Positions 43,531-53,934 of a stretch of DNA of 64,000 bases are shown here, piece after piece (within the stretch, counting starts at the first letter, position 1; the number at the start of each line of letters is the position of its first letter). The stretch is from Candidatus Rokuibacteriota bacterium (GTDB lineage: Bacteria; JAUVQV01; DATDCY01): the NCBI GenBank assembly GCA_031406795.1, contig JANOHV010000262.1:723-64722 (forward strand), read 5' to 3'. The notes below the pieces were generated by a model. That model did no database searches and had not been told where the DNA came from. It saw only the letters and a program-made list of their open reading frames with translations. Both the position numbers and the translations under genes were made by a program.

Positions 43531-45024
43531 TCAGTGCTGCGGCGTCCCCGGTGCCGGTTCCTTGGCCGTCGCGACATGCACCCCGAGCTTGCGGCGGGTC
43601 TGGCGGCGGTGTTCGGCGAGCTCCTCGAGCGTCATGTTCATCATCCGGGCGGCCTTCGCGGTCCGCTCCGGGGTGCAGAAGTTGATCCGGTCCCACTCGA
43701 ACGCGCGCAGCACCATCAGCTCGAACGGCGTGAACTCGTCCGTCGCGATGAACGCCTGGGCGTAGCCGAGGTACTTCGGGTCGCGGAAGTCGAAGTCCGC
43801 GGGCAGCACGCCGGCGTCCTTCGCGAGGCGGTAGAGGTCGGTCTTCGGCAGCGGCGTGGCGATGTGGAAGTGCACGAGGTCGAACGCACACCGGTCGGCG
43901 AACGCGAAGGTCATCCGCAGCTCCTCCCAGGTTTCCCCGGGGAAGCCGATCACGAAGTTCGCGCCGAGATCGATGCCGATCTCCCTGCACCAGCGCACGA
44001 CCGGCTCCACGCTCGCCAGCTTGAGCGGCTTGCGGATCACCTGGTTGAGCACGCGCGGACTGCCCGACTCCACCGAGATCGTCAGCTGCACGCAGCCGCT
44101 GGCCTTCATCAGCTTGAGCAGCGGCTCGTCGAGGTGCCAGGCCGCGACGCTCGCGGCCTTCCAGGTCAGGCCCCAGCCGCGCGACAGCATCGCGCCGAGC
44201 AGCGCCTCGATGCGCGGCCGGTTGCCGAGCAGGCAGTCGTCGATGAAGACCAGGTGGCGTACGCCGAACTTCGTGCGCAGGAAGTCGATCTCCTCGAGGA
44301 CCTCCTCGACGGGCCGGTAGACCACGCCGCGGCCGCTGATCGTGCGCGTCGCGCAGAAGAGGCAGTTGTACGGGCACCCGTACGAGGAGATGATCGGCGC
44401 CGAGCGCTCGCGGGCGTTAAACTGGTAGTCCTTCGAGGCCTGGTCGACGTAGGCCGCGACGTCGATCAGCGAGTAGTCCGGCCGCTCGAGCTTCTTGACG
44501 GCGGTGATGTAGCTCGCCACCGGGTTGATGACCGGCTCGCCGCGCTCGTCGCGGTAGCCGACGCCCGGCAGCGCCCGGACGCGTTCGGTCTCGCCGGCGA
44601 GCACCTGCTTCAGGAAATCAACGGCGCGCTCCTCGGCGTGGCCGACGAAGATCCAGTCGATGTTCGGGTCGCGGAGGACCTCCTCGCCGAGGACGGTCGG
44701 GTAGACGCCGCCGAGGATGGTGACGGCGTCCGGGCAGCTCTCCCGCACCAGCGCGGGGACCGCGTGGTACTGCCGGTGGTACTCCACCGCGAGCGCCGAG
44801 ACCAGCACCGCGCGCGGCTGGTGCTCGCGCAGCCAGGAGCGCACGTCGTCCTCGGAGAGGTCGGCGGCGTTGGCGTCGAGGATCCGGAAGTCGAACTCCT
44901 CCTTGAGCAGGGCGGTGAGGATCAGCGCTGCGTGCGGCAGGATCATCCAGCCCTTCTTCCCCTGCCAGCGCGAGTTGGGGATCACCAGCGCGACCAGCGC
45001 GGCCTGGTGCGGGACGGTAGTCAT
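43531..45024 (-). CDS. B12-binding radical SAM protein (class B radical SAM, probable methyltransferase)
   Basis: ORF track 497 aa. N-terminal cobalamin-binding-like domain, CPYNCLFC radical SAM motif, and GGAGGAG RBS. Confidence 0.85.
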   Translation of the reverse strand: MTTVPHQAALVALVIPNSRWQGKKGWMILPHAALILTALLKEEFDFRILDANAADLSEDDVRSWLREHQPRAVLVSALAVEYHRQYHAVPALVRESCPDAVTILGGVYPTVLGEEVLRDPNIDWIFVGHAEERAVDFLKQVLAGETERVRALPGVGYRDERGEPVINPVASYITAVKKLERPDYSLIDVAAYVDQASKDYQFNARERSAPIISSYGCPYNCLFCATRTISGRGVVYRPVEEVLEEIDFLRTKFGVRHLVFIDDCLLGNRPRIEALLGAMLSRGWGLTWKAASVAAWHLDEPLLKLMKASGCVQLTISVESGSPRVLNQVIRKPLKLASVEPVVRWCREIGIDLGANFVIGFPGETWEELRMTFAFADRCAFDLVHFHIATPLPKTDLYRLAKDAGVLPADFDFRDPKYLGYAQAFIATDEFTPFELMVLRAFEWDRINFCTPERTAKAARMMNMTLEELAEHRRQTRRKLGVHVATAKEPAPGTPQH

Positions 45025-45100
45025 GGACGCTTCACTCCTCCTGCCCGTTTCTCGTTTTCAGAATCTTCATAGTCTACCAGATGCCCGGCGCGCCGCGCCC

Positions 45101-45640
45101 TCACCCTCCCGGCGGCTCGAATTCGCTGCGGGTCCCGAGGAACAGCACTTTGAGCAGGATGATGACGCGCGCCGCGGTCAGCAGCAGCGGCGCGCCGATC
45201 GTGTAGCGTCCGCCCGACTCGCGGACCTGCCCGCCGGCCAGCAGGCGGCCGAGGCGGGCGTGGACCATCTGTGCCGCGCCATAGCGCTGCAGGATCTCCT
45301 CCCAGCAGAGGCCGCCGGGGGCCTCGAGCAACTCGATCAGCAGCCGGATCCGCCGCGCGGTGATCCCGAGGTTCAAAAAATTGAAGTAGCAGTAGGAGAG
45401 GCAGAGGTACGCGAGCAGGTCCGCCAGCGCGGTCGCGGCGCCGTCGAGCAGGGTCGCCGGCGCTCCGGCGGGGGGGAATGCCGCCCCGGCGGCGACGGCG
45501 ACGAGCCCGGCGAGAAAGCCCCCCCCGATCGAGGGCGCAATGCCCCGCCCCGGGAAGCTCCGGACCAGCAGCAGCTGCGTCGCGGCGTTGACCGCGAGGG
45601 CGGCCACCGGGAGCAGGGGCGCGAGCAGTGCGGCGCTCAC
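45101..45640 (-). CDS. small membrane protein with C-terminal winged-helix-like domain (hypothetical)
   Basis: ORF track 179 aa. About 4 TM helices, then GRLLAGGQVRESGGRYTIG. Confidence 0.45.
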   Translation of the reverse strand: MSAALLAPLLPVAALAVNAATQLLLVRSFPGRGIAPSIGGGFLAGLVAVAAGAAFPPAGAPATLLDGAATALADLLAYLCLSYCYFNFLNLGITARRIRLLIELLEAPGGLCWEEILQRYGAAQMVHARLGRLLAGGQVRESGGRYTIGAPLLLTAARVIILLKVLFLGTRSEFEPPGG

Positions 45641-45644
45641 CTGC

Positions 45645-46172
45645 TCACCCCCCGCGCACCGGCAGCCGCATCAGCAGCCGGTAGCGGGCGAAGAGCGTCG
45701 CGTAGCGCCGGCCCGGCCCGGTCAGGGCGTACCGGCCGCGGCGGAGCTCGACCATTTCCTCCCGAACGAGGTCCGCGAGGCGGGGCCGCACGAGCACCTC
45801 GTCGGTCAGCAGGCGCTCCAGATCGGCGGCGGGCAGCCCGGCGGGTCCGGCTGCGGCGATGTTCAGCAGCATCGTCAGCGAGGGGCTGTCGACCGGCAGC
45901 GCGGTGTAGGTGACGATCCAGGCGAGGGCGAGCGCGATGAAGAGCACGCCGACGTGGATCAGCTCGGCGGCCGTGCGCGGCGGCGGCACGCCGAGCAGCG
46001 ACACCCGCGTGGGGAGCAGCGGCAGCGCCAGCAGCCCGGCCGCCAGGACGCCGGCATGCAGCCGCAGCAGCACCGCGATGTGGTGGCGCGGCAGGTGCAC
46101 CCGCCAGAGGGCGAGGTGGGCGAAAAAGGCGATCAGGAAGAGCGCGAGGCCCCAGACGAGGACCGTCATGTC
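45645..46172 (-). CDS. small membrane protein, tandem paralog of 45101-45640 (hypothetical)
   Basis: Track ORF 45645-46217; start at MTVLVWGLALFL (46172). The C-terminus ADLVREEMVELRRGRYALTG parallels the downstream paralog. Confidence 0.45.
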   Translation of the reverse strand, partial: DMTVLVWGLALFLIAFFAHLALWRVHLPRHHIAVLLRLHAGVLAAGLLALPLLPTRVSLLGVPPPRTAAELIHVGVLFIALALAWIVTYTALPVDSPSLTMLLNIAAAGPAGLPAADLERLLTDEVLVRPRLADLVREEMVELRRGRYALTGPGRRYATLFARYRLLMRLPVRGG

Positions 46173-46339
46173 CCCGGCCGAACCCGAGCCGGCGGGTCCA
46201 GCCCCACCCCGATGCACCGCGGCTCGAAGGGGATGCTGCCGGAATCCGGGGTCCCTGATGTTTTCATCATCCGTGCGGCGAAGAATAGTGCGCGGCGCCG
46301 CCGCCTGTCAACGCCGCCCCGCCGGCGGGGGAGCCGGAA

Positions 46340-48214
46340 TCACGGCGGCGCGCCGCCGCGTCTGGCGCCGTGCCGCGCGCCATGGATCCCGATCGCCGCG
46401 GCCATGACGATGAGGAGATAAACGGGGTCCGAGTAGCGCTGGTGGGCCTGGGCCATGACGCTGACGACCGCGTACTGGGAGAAGCCGAGGAGCAGCAGCA
46501 GGCACAGCAGCGGGCGTGCGCGGCCGGCCCAGCCGAAGGGGAGGAAGATCAGGCACGCCGCAAGGACGAGCGGCTTGAGGAGGTAGCCGCCGCGATACAG
46601 AAAATCGAAGAAAGGGGTGGAAGGCTTCCCGCCGCTGACCTCGGCCCGCAGCTCTTCCGGCAGCTTTTCGAGACCGGAGCTCAGATAGGGGATTCCCGCC
46701 AGGTCGGTGGTGCGCACCGCCTTCCCGTACCGTACGTCGTTCGGGCCGGCCGCGAGCATCAGGAAATTGTCCCAGAAGAGCAGGGCGCTCTTCGGGTAGG
46801 CCCGCAACGCCTCGAATGCCACGTCCTTCAGGAGCCGATCGGCTGCGGCCGATCCGTACAGCTGCCAGGCGGCGTTCCAGATCAAGGGATAGTAGCCGGC
46901 CTCTTGGTCCTCAATGAACAGAGGGGCGTCTGCGCTGTCGTAACCTCCCGAGGACATGCCGTAGTTCGCGACCGCCTGATACAGCTGTCGCGTGGCCGGA
47001 CCGTTTTCCGGCCTGATCAGCCGGAATGGCCGGTCGGGATCGTAGGCCCCGTGGTGGCGCCCCGCGACGTACACTTCCCAGAACAGACTCGCGCCACCCA
47101 GGCGGCTGGGAACGCCCAGTGAGAGATGGGCGCCGAGCCCCCGCAACCCGGTCTGGCCGTACTCGCCGGGAATGGCGGCGAACAGATCCGCGGCCCCCTT
47201 CGGGCCCAGTTCCGCCGCGGCCACGACAGACATGAAGCGGAAGTATTCGGCGTTCGGCCTGAGGAAGATCTCCCTGAGCAACCCGTCGGGGTCCCCGGCA
47301 TAGGCGGCGAACCACGGCTGCGGCGTGCGGAAGCTCCACAACCCCGGCTTCTCGTGCAGGAAGCGCGACAGGCAATCGTACAGCGCCCGGCTCGCCGGCC
47401 CCCGCTCCGGGGTGATGAGCGGCCGCGGCTGCTCGTAATCCCGGAAGTTCTTCGACCAGGTCGAGTAGTAGGTCTCCACGAATCGCTGCTCGGTGAGCTC
47501 GCGAGAGAGGCGCAGTTCATGGGGCAGCCGGTCGCAGTGGCCGAGCAGGAGCCAGTCCACCCCGGACCACGCCACCAGGAGGGAGCAGTACAGGCCCGCG
47601 GCCAGCAGCGGGTGCCTGATGCGGCGCGGAGCGGCCAGCATCGCGACGGGGAGGAACACCCAGAAGACCAGGCCGGCGGCGGGCCGCGTGAACACCATGG
47701 CGAACGCCGTCAGGGTGGCGAGGTACAGGAAGATCGGCGCGCGCCGCCCGGAGAAGTAGCGCGAGGCGAGGAAGACGAAGAGGAACTGGAGGAACAGGTT
47801 CAGGTGGTCGGTCATCACCATGTTGGCGTAGATGAAGGGGATCGGCACGCCGATCGCGACGAGCGCCGCCGCACGCGCCGCCGTTCGGCCGACCGGGAGC
47901 AGCGTGCCGTAGATCAGCAGGGGAATGGCCAGGCCCAGCAGAGCCTGGACCGCCACCAGGCCCCGGAACGTGTCGAACCAGGTGACGCCGGTCAGGACCA
48001 GGAAGAGGGGATACCCCGGCGGACGGTGGTCGGCGTAGTTCTGGTGGGGGTTTGCCGCGAGGTTCCTGGCATTGGCGAGGTACTGGGTGGAGTCCATGGT
48101 GAAATGCGTGTGGGTGGTCGCCAGCCACCAGAGCATCATCGCCGAGCCGAGGGCGACAAGGATGACGAGGTCCCTGCCGGATGCTGCGGCGGATGCACGG
48201 GGCGCTTCAGCCAT
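46340..48214 (-). CDS. GT-C membrane glycosyltransferase (GT39/GT83, PMT_2/ArnT-like)
   Basis: Track ORF 46340-48241; ATG 48214 is preceded by AGAGGAA. The N-terminal motif DSTQYLANARNL..HRPPGYPLFL resembles the GT39/83 D(E)..Y....KPPL block. More than 10 TM helices. Confidence 0.6.
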   Translation of the reverse strand: MAEAPRASAAASGRDLVILVALGSAMMLWWLATTHTHFTMDSTQYLANARNLAANPHQNYADHRPPGYPLFLVLTGVTWFDTFRGLVAVQALLGLAIPLLIYGTLLPVGRTAARAAALVAIGVPIPFIYANMVMTDHLNLFLQFLFVFLASRYFSGRRAPIFLYLATLTAFAMVFTRPAAGLVFWVFLPVAMLAAPRRIRHPLLAAGLYCSLLVAWSGVDWLLLGHCDRLPHELRLSRELTEQRFVETYYSTWSKNFRDYEQPRPLITPERGPASRALYDCLSRFLHEKPGLWSFRTPQPWFAAYAGDPDGLLREIFLRPNAEYFRFMSVVAAAELGPKGAADLFAAIPGEYGQTGLRGLGAHLSLGVPSRLGGASLFWEVYVAGRHHGAYDPDRPFRLIRPENGPATRQLYQAVANYGMSSGGYDSADAPLFIEDQEAGYYPLIWNAAWQLYGSAAADRLLKDVAFEALRAYPKSALLFWDNFLMLAAGPNDVRYGKAVRTTDLAGIPYLSSGLEKLPEELRAEVSGGKPSTPFFDFLYRGGYLLKPLVLAACLIFLPFGWAGRARPLLCLLLLLGFSQYAVVSVMAQAHQRYSDPVYLLIVMAAAIGIHGARHGARRGGAPP

Positions 48215-48632
48215 GCTCGGTTCCTCTTCTCGGTGGCACACGATCCCGCGACGGGACTGCGATCCCGCCCTGGTTCTTGTACTTGAAACGGTTCCGGCGC
48301 GTCAAAGCAATACTGCCGGTCCGCATTCCGCGCGCAACGCGGATGAGTGAAGGCAGCTTGTCAAATCGGCCTGAAATCGCTGGCTTCTTCTGTTGCACGA
48401 CCGACCTTCATGACCCACGTGTTCCTTGATCTGAACAAAGTCAGGTTTCAGGAGGTTGAAATGCGGTCGACCGCAGGCCGGCAAGTTCCGGCGGCGCTCT
48501 GCGCCCAAATCCGCGCGTAACGCGCGGTTCAGTCGAGGCAGGCTGCGCGATTCCCGTTGACAAGACGTGTCCCGACGGAGAAAACTTCACAATTCGGTAT
48601 ACGGCAGGTCCGCGGCAGGCGGGAGGGATGCG

Positions 48633-49337
48633 ATGGCCGGTGGCGAGGGGAAGATGAAAGAGGCGCAGTACGATTTTCTTCTCGATCAGGAGGCGTCCGC
48701 GGGAGCGGAGACGCTGGGCCTGATGGCCAGCCACGTCTGGCGGGACGACCCGAAGCGGCTCTGCTTCCTGCTCGCCCGCTACAAGTTCGTCGCCAAGATG
48801 CTCGCCGGCTCCGCGTCGGCGCTCGAGGTCGGGTGCGCCGACGCCTTCGGCACGCGCCTGGTGCGCCAGGAGGTCCCCCGGGTGGTGGCCACGGACTTCG
48901 ACCCGGAATTCATCGAGCGCAACCGGGCGCGCGACCAGGGGCGCTGGGGCATCGAGTTCCGCGTGCACGATCTGCTCGCCGGGCCGGTGGCAGAGGGCTT
49001 CGACTCCGCCTACGCCGTGGATGTCCTCGAGCACGTCCAGGCCGCGGACGAGGAGCGCTTCGTGGCCAATCTCGCGGCGTCGCTCGGCCCGCACGGCGTC
49101 GGGATCATCGGCACGCCGACGATCCAGTCCCAGGCCTACGCCTCCGCCGCCAGCCGCGCGGGCCACGTCAACTGCAAGGACGCGCCCGGCCTTTCGCGCC
49201 TGCTGCGGGGCTTCTTCCGCAACGTCTTCATCTTCTCGATGAACGACGAGGTGGTGCACACCGGCTTCACGCCGCTGGCCCACTATCTCTTCGCGTTGTG
49301 CTGCGGTCCGGTCCCGGGCGGCCTGCCGCGGCGCTAG
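48633..49337 (+). CDS. SAM-dependent methyltransferase
   Basis: Track ORF 48567-49337; ATG 48633 follows GGGAGGG. ALEVGCADAFGTRL and AYAVDVLEHV motifs. Confidence 0.75.
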   Translation: MAGGEGKMKEAQYDFLLDQEASAGAETLGLMASHVWRDDPKRLCFLLARYKFVAKMLAGSASALEVGCADAFGTRLVRQEVPRVVATDFDPEFIERNRARDQGRWGIEFRVHDLLAGPVAEGFDSAYAVDVLEHVQAADEERFVANLAASLGPHGVGIIGTPTIQSQAYASAASRAGHVNCKDAPGLSRLLRGFFRNVFIFSMNDEVVHTGFTPLAHYLFALCCGPVPGGLPRR

Positions 49338-49353
49338 CGGCGGGGGAGGAGGG

Positions 49354-51858
49354 GTGACGCAACCGGCCGCGGCGACCCGATCCGCCGCCCTGCCAGCCGC
49401 CGGTCTGCCCGCCGCCCGTCAGCACCTGCTGGCGCTCGCCGTGCTGCTCGCGATCACTCTCGGCTTCTTCTCCCCCTACCTCTTCCAGGGGAGAGTCTTC
49501 CTCGCGGGCGACGCGCTGTACTCCTACCTGCCCTGGAGCGGCTACGCGACGCCGGGCCAGCGGCCGAAGAACACCCTGATCACTGATCCGGTCAACGCGA
49601 ACTTCGCGGGTCTCTACAACGAGCAGCTCAAGTCCGGTGGCCTGCAGCACTGGAACCCCTGGATTCTGACCGGGCTGCCGAGCACCGGGGTGACGTCGAT
49701 GAGCGGCGGCGCGCCCGGCCGCTATTACCCGCTCAAGCTGCTGCTGCACCGCTGGCTGCCGACTCTCCACGCGTTCATGTGGCTGCTGATCATCCACGTG
49801 TTCCTCGCCGGCGCCCTCCAGTACTGGTACCTGCGGGAGATCGGCGCGGGCTTCGCGGGAGCGCTCTTCGGCGGGGTTGCGTTCATGCTCAACGGCTACG
49901 CGCTGGTCTGGCTGGAGTTCGAGAGCGTGGTCGCCGTCGCGGCCTTCCTGCCGCTGCTGCTGCTGATCATGGAGCGCTACCGGCGCCGGCCGGCGCGCTA
50001 CGGGCTGCTCGGGGCGGTGGTGCTCGGCATCGTCGCCCTCTCCGGCCAGATCCAGTACCTGATCTACACCGCGCTGCTGCTGCTCTGCTACGCCGCCTTC
50101 CTGCTCGTCCGCTCCTGGCGCGAGCGCCGCGACCCCCGCGAACTGCGCGCGATCGCGCTGGCCTTCTGCGGCACCTGCGCGCTCGGAGCGCTGATCGGGG
50201 CCGTGGAGCTGCTGCCGACGCTCGACCTGATCCAACACAGCAGCCGCATCGCGCGCACTTTCACGTTTTCGACCTTCTTCGAGACCCTCGGGCGGGTCCC
50301 CTGGCGCTATTTCGTCACGCTGCTCTTCCCGGATTTCTTCGGCAGCCCGGTCCTCGGCTTCAACCTCGTGCCCCGCCTGCCGACCCAGGAGTACATGAAC
50401 TACAACGAGCTTTGCGTCTATCTCGGGGTGCCGACTCTCTTCGCGCTGGTGGCGCTCCCGCTGGGCCCGAAGCGGCCCCACGCGCAGCTGTATCTCGCGC
50501 TGACGGCGGTCGTGGCGCTGCTGCTGGCCGGGACGGTCCTGTACTACCCGCTCTTCGCCCTCTTCCCGGGGATGGACAGGATGAATCCGACGCGGCTGAT
50601 CTTCCTGTTCGTCTTCGTCGCCTCCGCCGCGGCGGGGCTCGGCCTCGACGGGCTCGCGGGGCTCTCGCGGCGACGCCGGCTCGTCTTCTCGGCGCTGGCG
50701 CTCGCGCTGCTGGGGGGGGCGGCGGCCCTGGCCGTTGCGGGAGGGTCGAGCGGGGCTCTGGCCGTCTGGTTCAACGCCGAGGCGTTTGCCGGCGGCACCG
50801 ACCCGGTCCTGCTCGACGCGCTGGTGCGCCTGCGGGCCTGGCCCGCGGCGCTGGTGGTCAAGCCGGTGCTGCTCGCTCTTAGCGCCGCCGCGCTGCTGAT
50901 CGCGTACGCCTGGTGGCAAAACCGCGCGGCGCGCCAGGCGGCACTGGCTCTGCTCGTCGCGCTGCTCGGCTACGACCTGGGGAGCTTCGGCTGGGGCTAC
51001 AACGCGATCGTCGAGCCGCGGCAGGTCTACCCGCGCACGCCCGCCATCGATTTTCTGACCAGCCGGCCCGGGCCGTTCCGGGTCGTGCTCGACGGCCGGC
51101 AGCCGTTCCTGATCAACTCGCTGGCCCCGTACGGCATCCAGGAGGTGGGTGGCTACAGCAGCTTCTACCCGGCGGCAGCCGGACGCTATCTCTCGTTCAT
51201 GCAGTACGGGGAGGACGCGGCGCGCGGCGCGCGGTTCGACCGGTGGGTGGCGTTCAGCCGCCCGCAGGCCGCGCTGCTCAACCTGGCGAACGCCCGGTAC
51301 CTGCTCACCGCGCCCGGCGTCGTCGTGAACAATCCGATCTATCGCCTCGTCTTCCGCGAGGACCTGGCGGTCTACGAGAACACCGCGGCCCTGCCCCGGG
51401 CCTTTGCGGTGCACCGCGCGCGGGCGGTCCCCGACGCCGACCAGGCGCTGCGCCTGCTCGGGTCCGGCGGTGTCGATCCCGGCGCGGAGGTCATCCTCGA
51501 GCGGCTGCCCGACGCGGCCTTTCTCGCCGGGGTGCGCGAGGGGGCGGGTGGCGATCGGGTGAGCATCGAGCGGTACACGCCGGACCGCGTCGAGGTGCTC
51601 GCGGAGCTGGGAGCGGCGGGGTGGCTGGTGCTCTCCGACGCCTGGGACCCCGGGTGGCGCGCCGAGGTCGACGGCTCGCCGGCCGCGATTGAGCGGGCCG
51701 ATACCTGTTTCCGGGCGGTGGCGCTCGGCCCGGGGCGGCACACGGTGACGTTTGCCTACGTCCCCCGCGCCTTTCACCTCGGCCTGCTGCTCACCGGCGT
51801 CGCACTGGCGCTCGTCGCCGGCGGGATCGCCTGGGACTCGCGCGGGCGGCGGGCGTGA
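49354..51858 (+). CDS. YfhO family membrane protein (GT-C glycosyltransferase of GtrB/GtrA/YfhO-type three-component systems)
   Basis: ORF track 834 aa. GTG start after GGGGGAGGAGGG. Many TM helices, and a characteristic YfhO C-terminus (GWRAEVDGSPAAIERADTCFRAVALGPGRHTVTFAYVP). Confidence 0.8.
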   Translation: MTQPAAATRSAALPAAGLPAARQHLLALAVLLAITLGFFSPYLFQGRVFLAGDALYSYLPWSGYATPGQRPKNTLITDPVNANFAGLYNEQLKSGGLQHWNPWILTGLPSTGVTSMSGGAPGRYYPLKLLLHRWLPTLHAFMWLLIIHVFLAGALQYWYLREIGAGFAGALFGGVAFMLNGYALVWLEFESVVAVAAFLPLLLLIMERYRRRPARYGLLGAVVLGIVALSGQIQYLIYTALLLLCYAAFLLVRSWRERRDPRELRAIALAFCGTCALGALIGAVELLPTLDLIQHSSRIARTFTFSTFFETLGRVPWRYFVTLLFPDFFGSPVLGFNLVPRLPTQEYMNYNELCVYLGVPTLFALVALPLGPKRPHAQLYLALTAVVALLLAGTVLYYPLFALFPGMDRMNPTRLIFLFVFVASAAAGLGLDGLAGLSRRRRLVFSALALALLGGAAALAVAGGSSGALAVWFNAEAFAGGTDPVLLDALVRLRAWPAALVVKPVLLALSAAALLIAYAWWQNRAARQAALALLVALLGYDLGSFGWGYNAIVEPRQVYPRTPAIDFLTSRPGPFRVVLDGRQPFLINSLAPYGIQEVGGYSSFYPAAAGRYLSFMQYGEDAARGARFDRWVAFSRPQAALLNLANARYLLTAPGVVVNNPIYRLVFREDLAVYENTAALPRAFAVHRARAVPDADQALRLLGSGGVDPGAEVILERLPDAAFLAGVREGAGGDRVSIERYTPDRVEVLAELGAAGWLVLSDAWDPGWRAEVDGSPAAIERADTCFRAVALGPGRHTVTFAYVPRAFHLGLLLTGVALALVAGGIAWDSRGRRA

Positions 51859-51886
51859 GCCCGGGCGCAACGGCAGCGGCCTCGCC

Positions 51887-53011
51887 GTGACCGAACCGAT
51901 CCGCTCCCTCGACGAGATCCCCCGCGGGCTGCGCCTCTGCCTCTACGGCGCGGGAGAGGGGGGCGCGCACTTCCTCGAAGTGCTCCGGGCGCAGCGGCCC
52001 GACCTGGCCGTCGTCCGGTTCGTCGACGACGAGCGCCGCGGCGCGCGCGGTGGCGTGCCGATCGCTTCCCCCGGCGACGAGGGGGCGCTCACGGCGGTCG
52101 ATCTGGTGCTGATCACCTCCTCCTGGTGGCGTGCAATCGTAGCCCGTCTCGCCGGGCAGGGCGTTGCCGGCTTCCGCGTGGTGGACCCGTCGCTCTTCTT
52201 TCTCCAGCACGTCTTCACCGCCGCGGAGCAGGCGGCGGCGGCCCCGCTCGCCGTGCGCGCCGAAGCCCTCCTCGCGTTGCCGGAGGACCGCGCGCTCTAC
52301 CGCGCAGTGCTCGCCAATCGCGGTCTGTTCGGGAGCGGCGGCGCGGTCGACCCGTACCGGCTTTTCACCGCGGGCGCTCCCCCGCGGGCGGAGTACCTCG
52401 ATTTCATCGTCTGGGAGCGCGTGCGCCGTGCCGTCGACGGGGGGGCGCTCGACGGGAAGAACACGCTCGAATTCCTCGGCCGCATGCCCCCGGGCGGCGA
52501 GGTCTGGGCGTTCGAGCCGGGAGCCGACGCACTGCGGCACGGCCCGCACGCTGCGGCGCTCGCCCGCTCGCCGGGCGCGCATCTGTGTCCCGCGGCGCTC
52601 TGGAGCAGCTCGGGTTCGGTCGTCTTCCGCGCGGACAGCGGCAACCCCGCCGGCTCGACGGTCCTCGGCGGCGGGTCGGCCCCGGCGGCGGGCCGCACGG
52701 TGCCGGCGGTGGCGATCGACGACTTCGCCGCCGCCCCCGGGATCGGCCGCCTCGACTTCATCAAGCTCGACGTGGAGGGGGCGGAGCCGGAGGTCCTCGC
52801 CGGGGCTGCCCGGACGCTCGCATTGTGCCGGCCGCAGCTGGCCGTCTGCATCTACCACCGCAAGGAACACCTCTACGGCATCCCGCTGCAGCTCGCCGCG
52901 CTGCTGCCGCGGTACGTGCACCGCATCGGGCACTACTCGCCCTCGTTCTGGGACACGGTCTGGTACGCGATCCCCGCGGAGCTGCTCGACGGCGGGGGGG
53001 GCTCGCCGTGA
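51887..53011 (+). CDS. FkbM family methyltransferase
   Basis: In-frame part of track ORF 51752-53011; GTG 51887. FIKLDVEGAEPEVL is the FkbM signature region. Confidence 0.75.
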   Translation: MTEPIRSLDEIPRGLRLCLYGAGEGGAHFLEVLRAQRPDLAVVRFVDDERRGARGGVPIASPGDEGALTAVDLVLITSSWWRAIVARLAGQGVAGFRVVDPSLFFLQHVFTAAEQAAAAPLAVRAEALLALPEDRALYRAVLANRGLFGSGGAVDPYRLFTAGAPPRAEYLDFIVWERVRRAVDGGALDGKNTLEFLGRMPPGGEVWAFEPGADALRHGPHAAALARSPGAHLCPAALWSSSGSVVFRADSGNPAGSTVLGGGSAPAAGRTVPAVAIDDFAAAPGIGRLDFIKLDVEGAEPEVLAGAARTLALCRPQLAVCIYHRKEHLYGIPLQLAALLPRYVHRIGHYSPSFWDTVWYAIPAELLDGGGGSP

Positions 53012-53934
53012 GCGGCAGCGCGCCGGCGCCGCTGCCGCTGCCGGCGGGGTTGCCCCGCACCGCGATCATCGGCGCGGCGGGTTTTCTCGGCCGGGCCTTC
53101 CTCGCGGCCTACCGGCGCGAGCACCCCGGCACGATCGGGGCCGCGCGGGCGGCCGGGCCGGGGCTGCTGCCGCTGGACCTGGCGTCGCCGGGACCCCTGG
53201 CAGCCCGGCTGGCCGAGACCGGGCACCGCGAGGCGCTGATTCTCGCCGGCGTCGCCTCGATCGTGCGCTGCGAGCGCGACCCGGCAGGAACGCGCGCGGT
53301 CAACGTCGAGGGGACGCTGCGGCTCACCAAAGCGCTGCGGGCGGTCGGGGTCCGCCCGGTCTTCGCGTCGAGCGACTACGTCTTCGACGGTGCGCGCGGG
53401 GGCTACCGCGAGGGGGACCGCCCGGCGCCGGGCACCGAGTACGGGCGGCAGAAGGCCGAGACCGGGGCGCGCCTGCTCGAGGCCTGCGGGGGGGATTGCC
53501 GCATCCTGCGCCTGAGCAAGGTCTTCGCCCTCGAGCGCGGCGGGGGGACCCTGCTCGACGAGCTGGCCGCGCGGCTGGTCTCGGGCGCGGGTGTCGACGC
53601 CGCGGACGACAACATCTTCTGCCCGACGCGGCTCGAGGATCTCATCACTGCGGTCGCGCTCGTCCAGGCGCGCGATCTGCGCGGCCTCGTCCACGTCTGC
53701 GGCTCCGAGGCGCGCTCCTGGCACGATCTGGCCGCCGCGCTGGCGGCGGCGCTCGGCGTCGATCCGCTGCTCGTGCGCCGCTGCTCGATCGACGACATCC
53801 AGCGCGACCCGCGGCGGCCGAAGGACATCAGCATGAACAACGAGCGGCTCGTGCAGGCGACCGGGTGCGCCTTCACGCCGGTCGCGGCCAGCGTCGAGCG
53901 CGTCGCCGCGCAGTGGCGGGAGCCTGGCCGGTGA
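53008..53934 (+). CDS. NAD(P)-dependent sugar-nucleotide reductase/epimerase, RmlD-like
   Basis: In-frame part of track ORF 52126-53934. GTG 53008 overlaps the upstream TGA. AIIGAAGFLGRAF Rossmann motif and YGRQK (YxxxK). Confidence 0.7.
   Translation: MSGSAPAPLPLPAGLPRTAIIGAAGFLGRAFLAAYRREHPGTIGAARAAGPGLLPLDLASPGPLAARLAETGHREALILAGVASIVRCERDPAGTRAVNVEGTLRLTKALRAVGVRPVFASSDYVFDGARGGYREGDRPAPGTEYGRQKAETGARLLEACGGDCRILRLSKVFALERGGGTLLDELAARLVSGAGVDAADDNIFCPTRLEDLITAVALVQARDLRGLVHVCGSEARSWHDLAAALAAALGVDPLLVRRCSIDDIQRDPRRPKDISMNNERLVQATGCAFTPVAASVERVAAQWREPGR

Noticed and set aside
49267-51870. 867-aa minus-strand ORF
   Set aside because: Antisense to the YfhO gene, which has a convincing TM pattern and C-terminal signature. 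Translation is low complexity.
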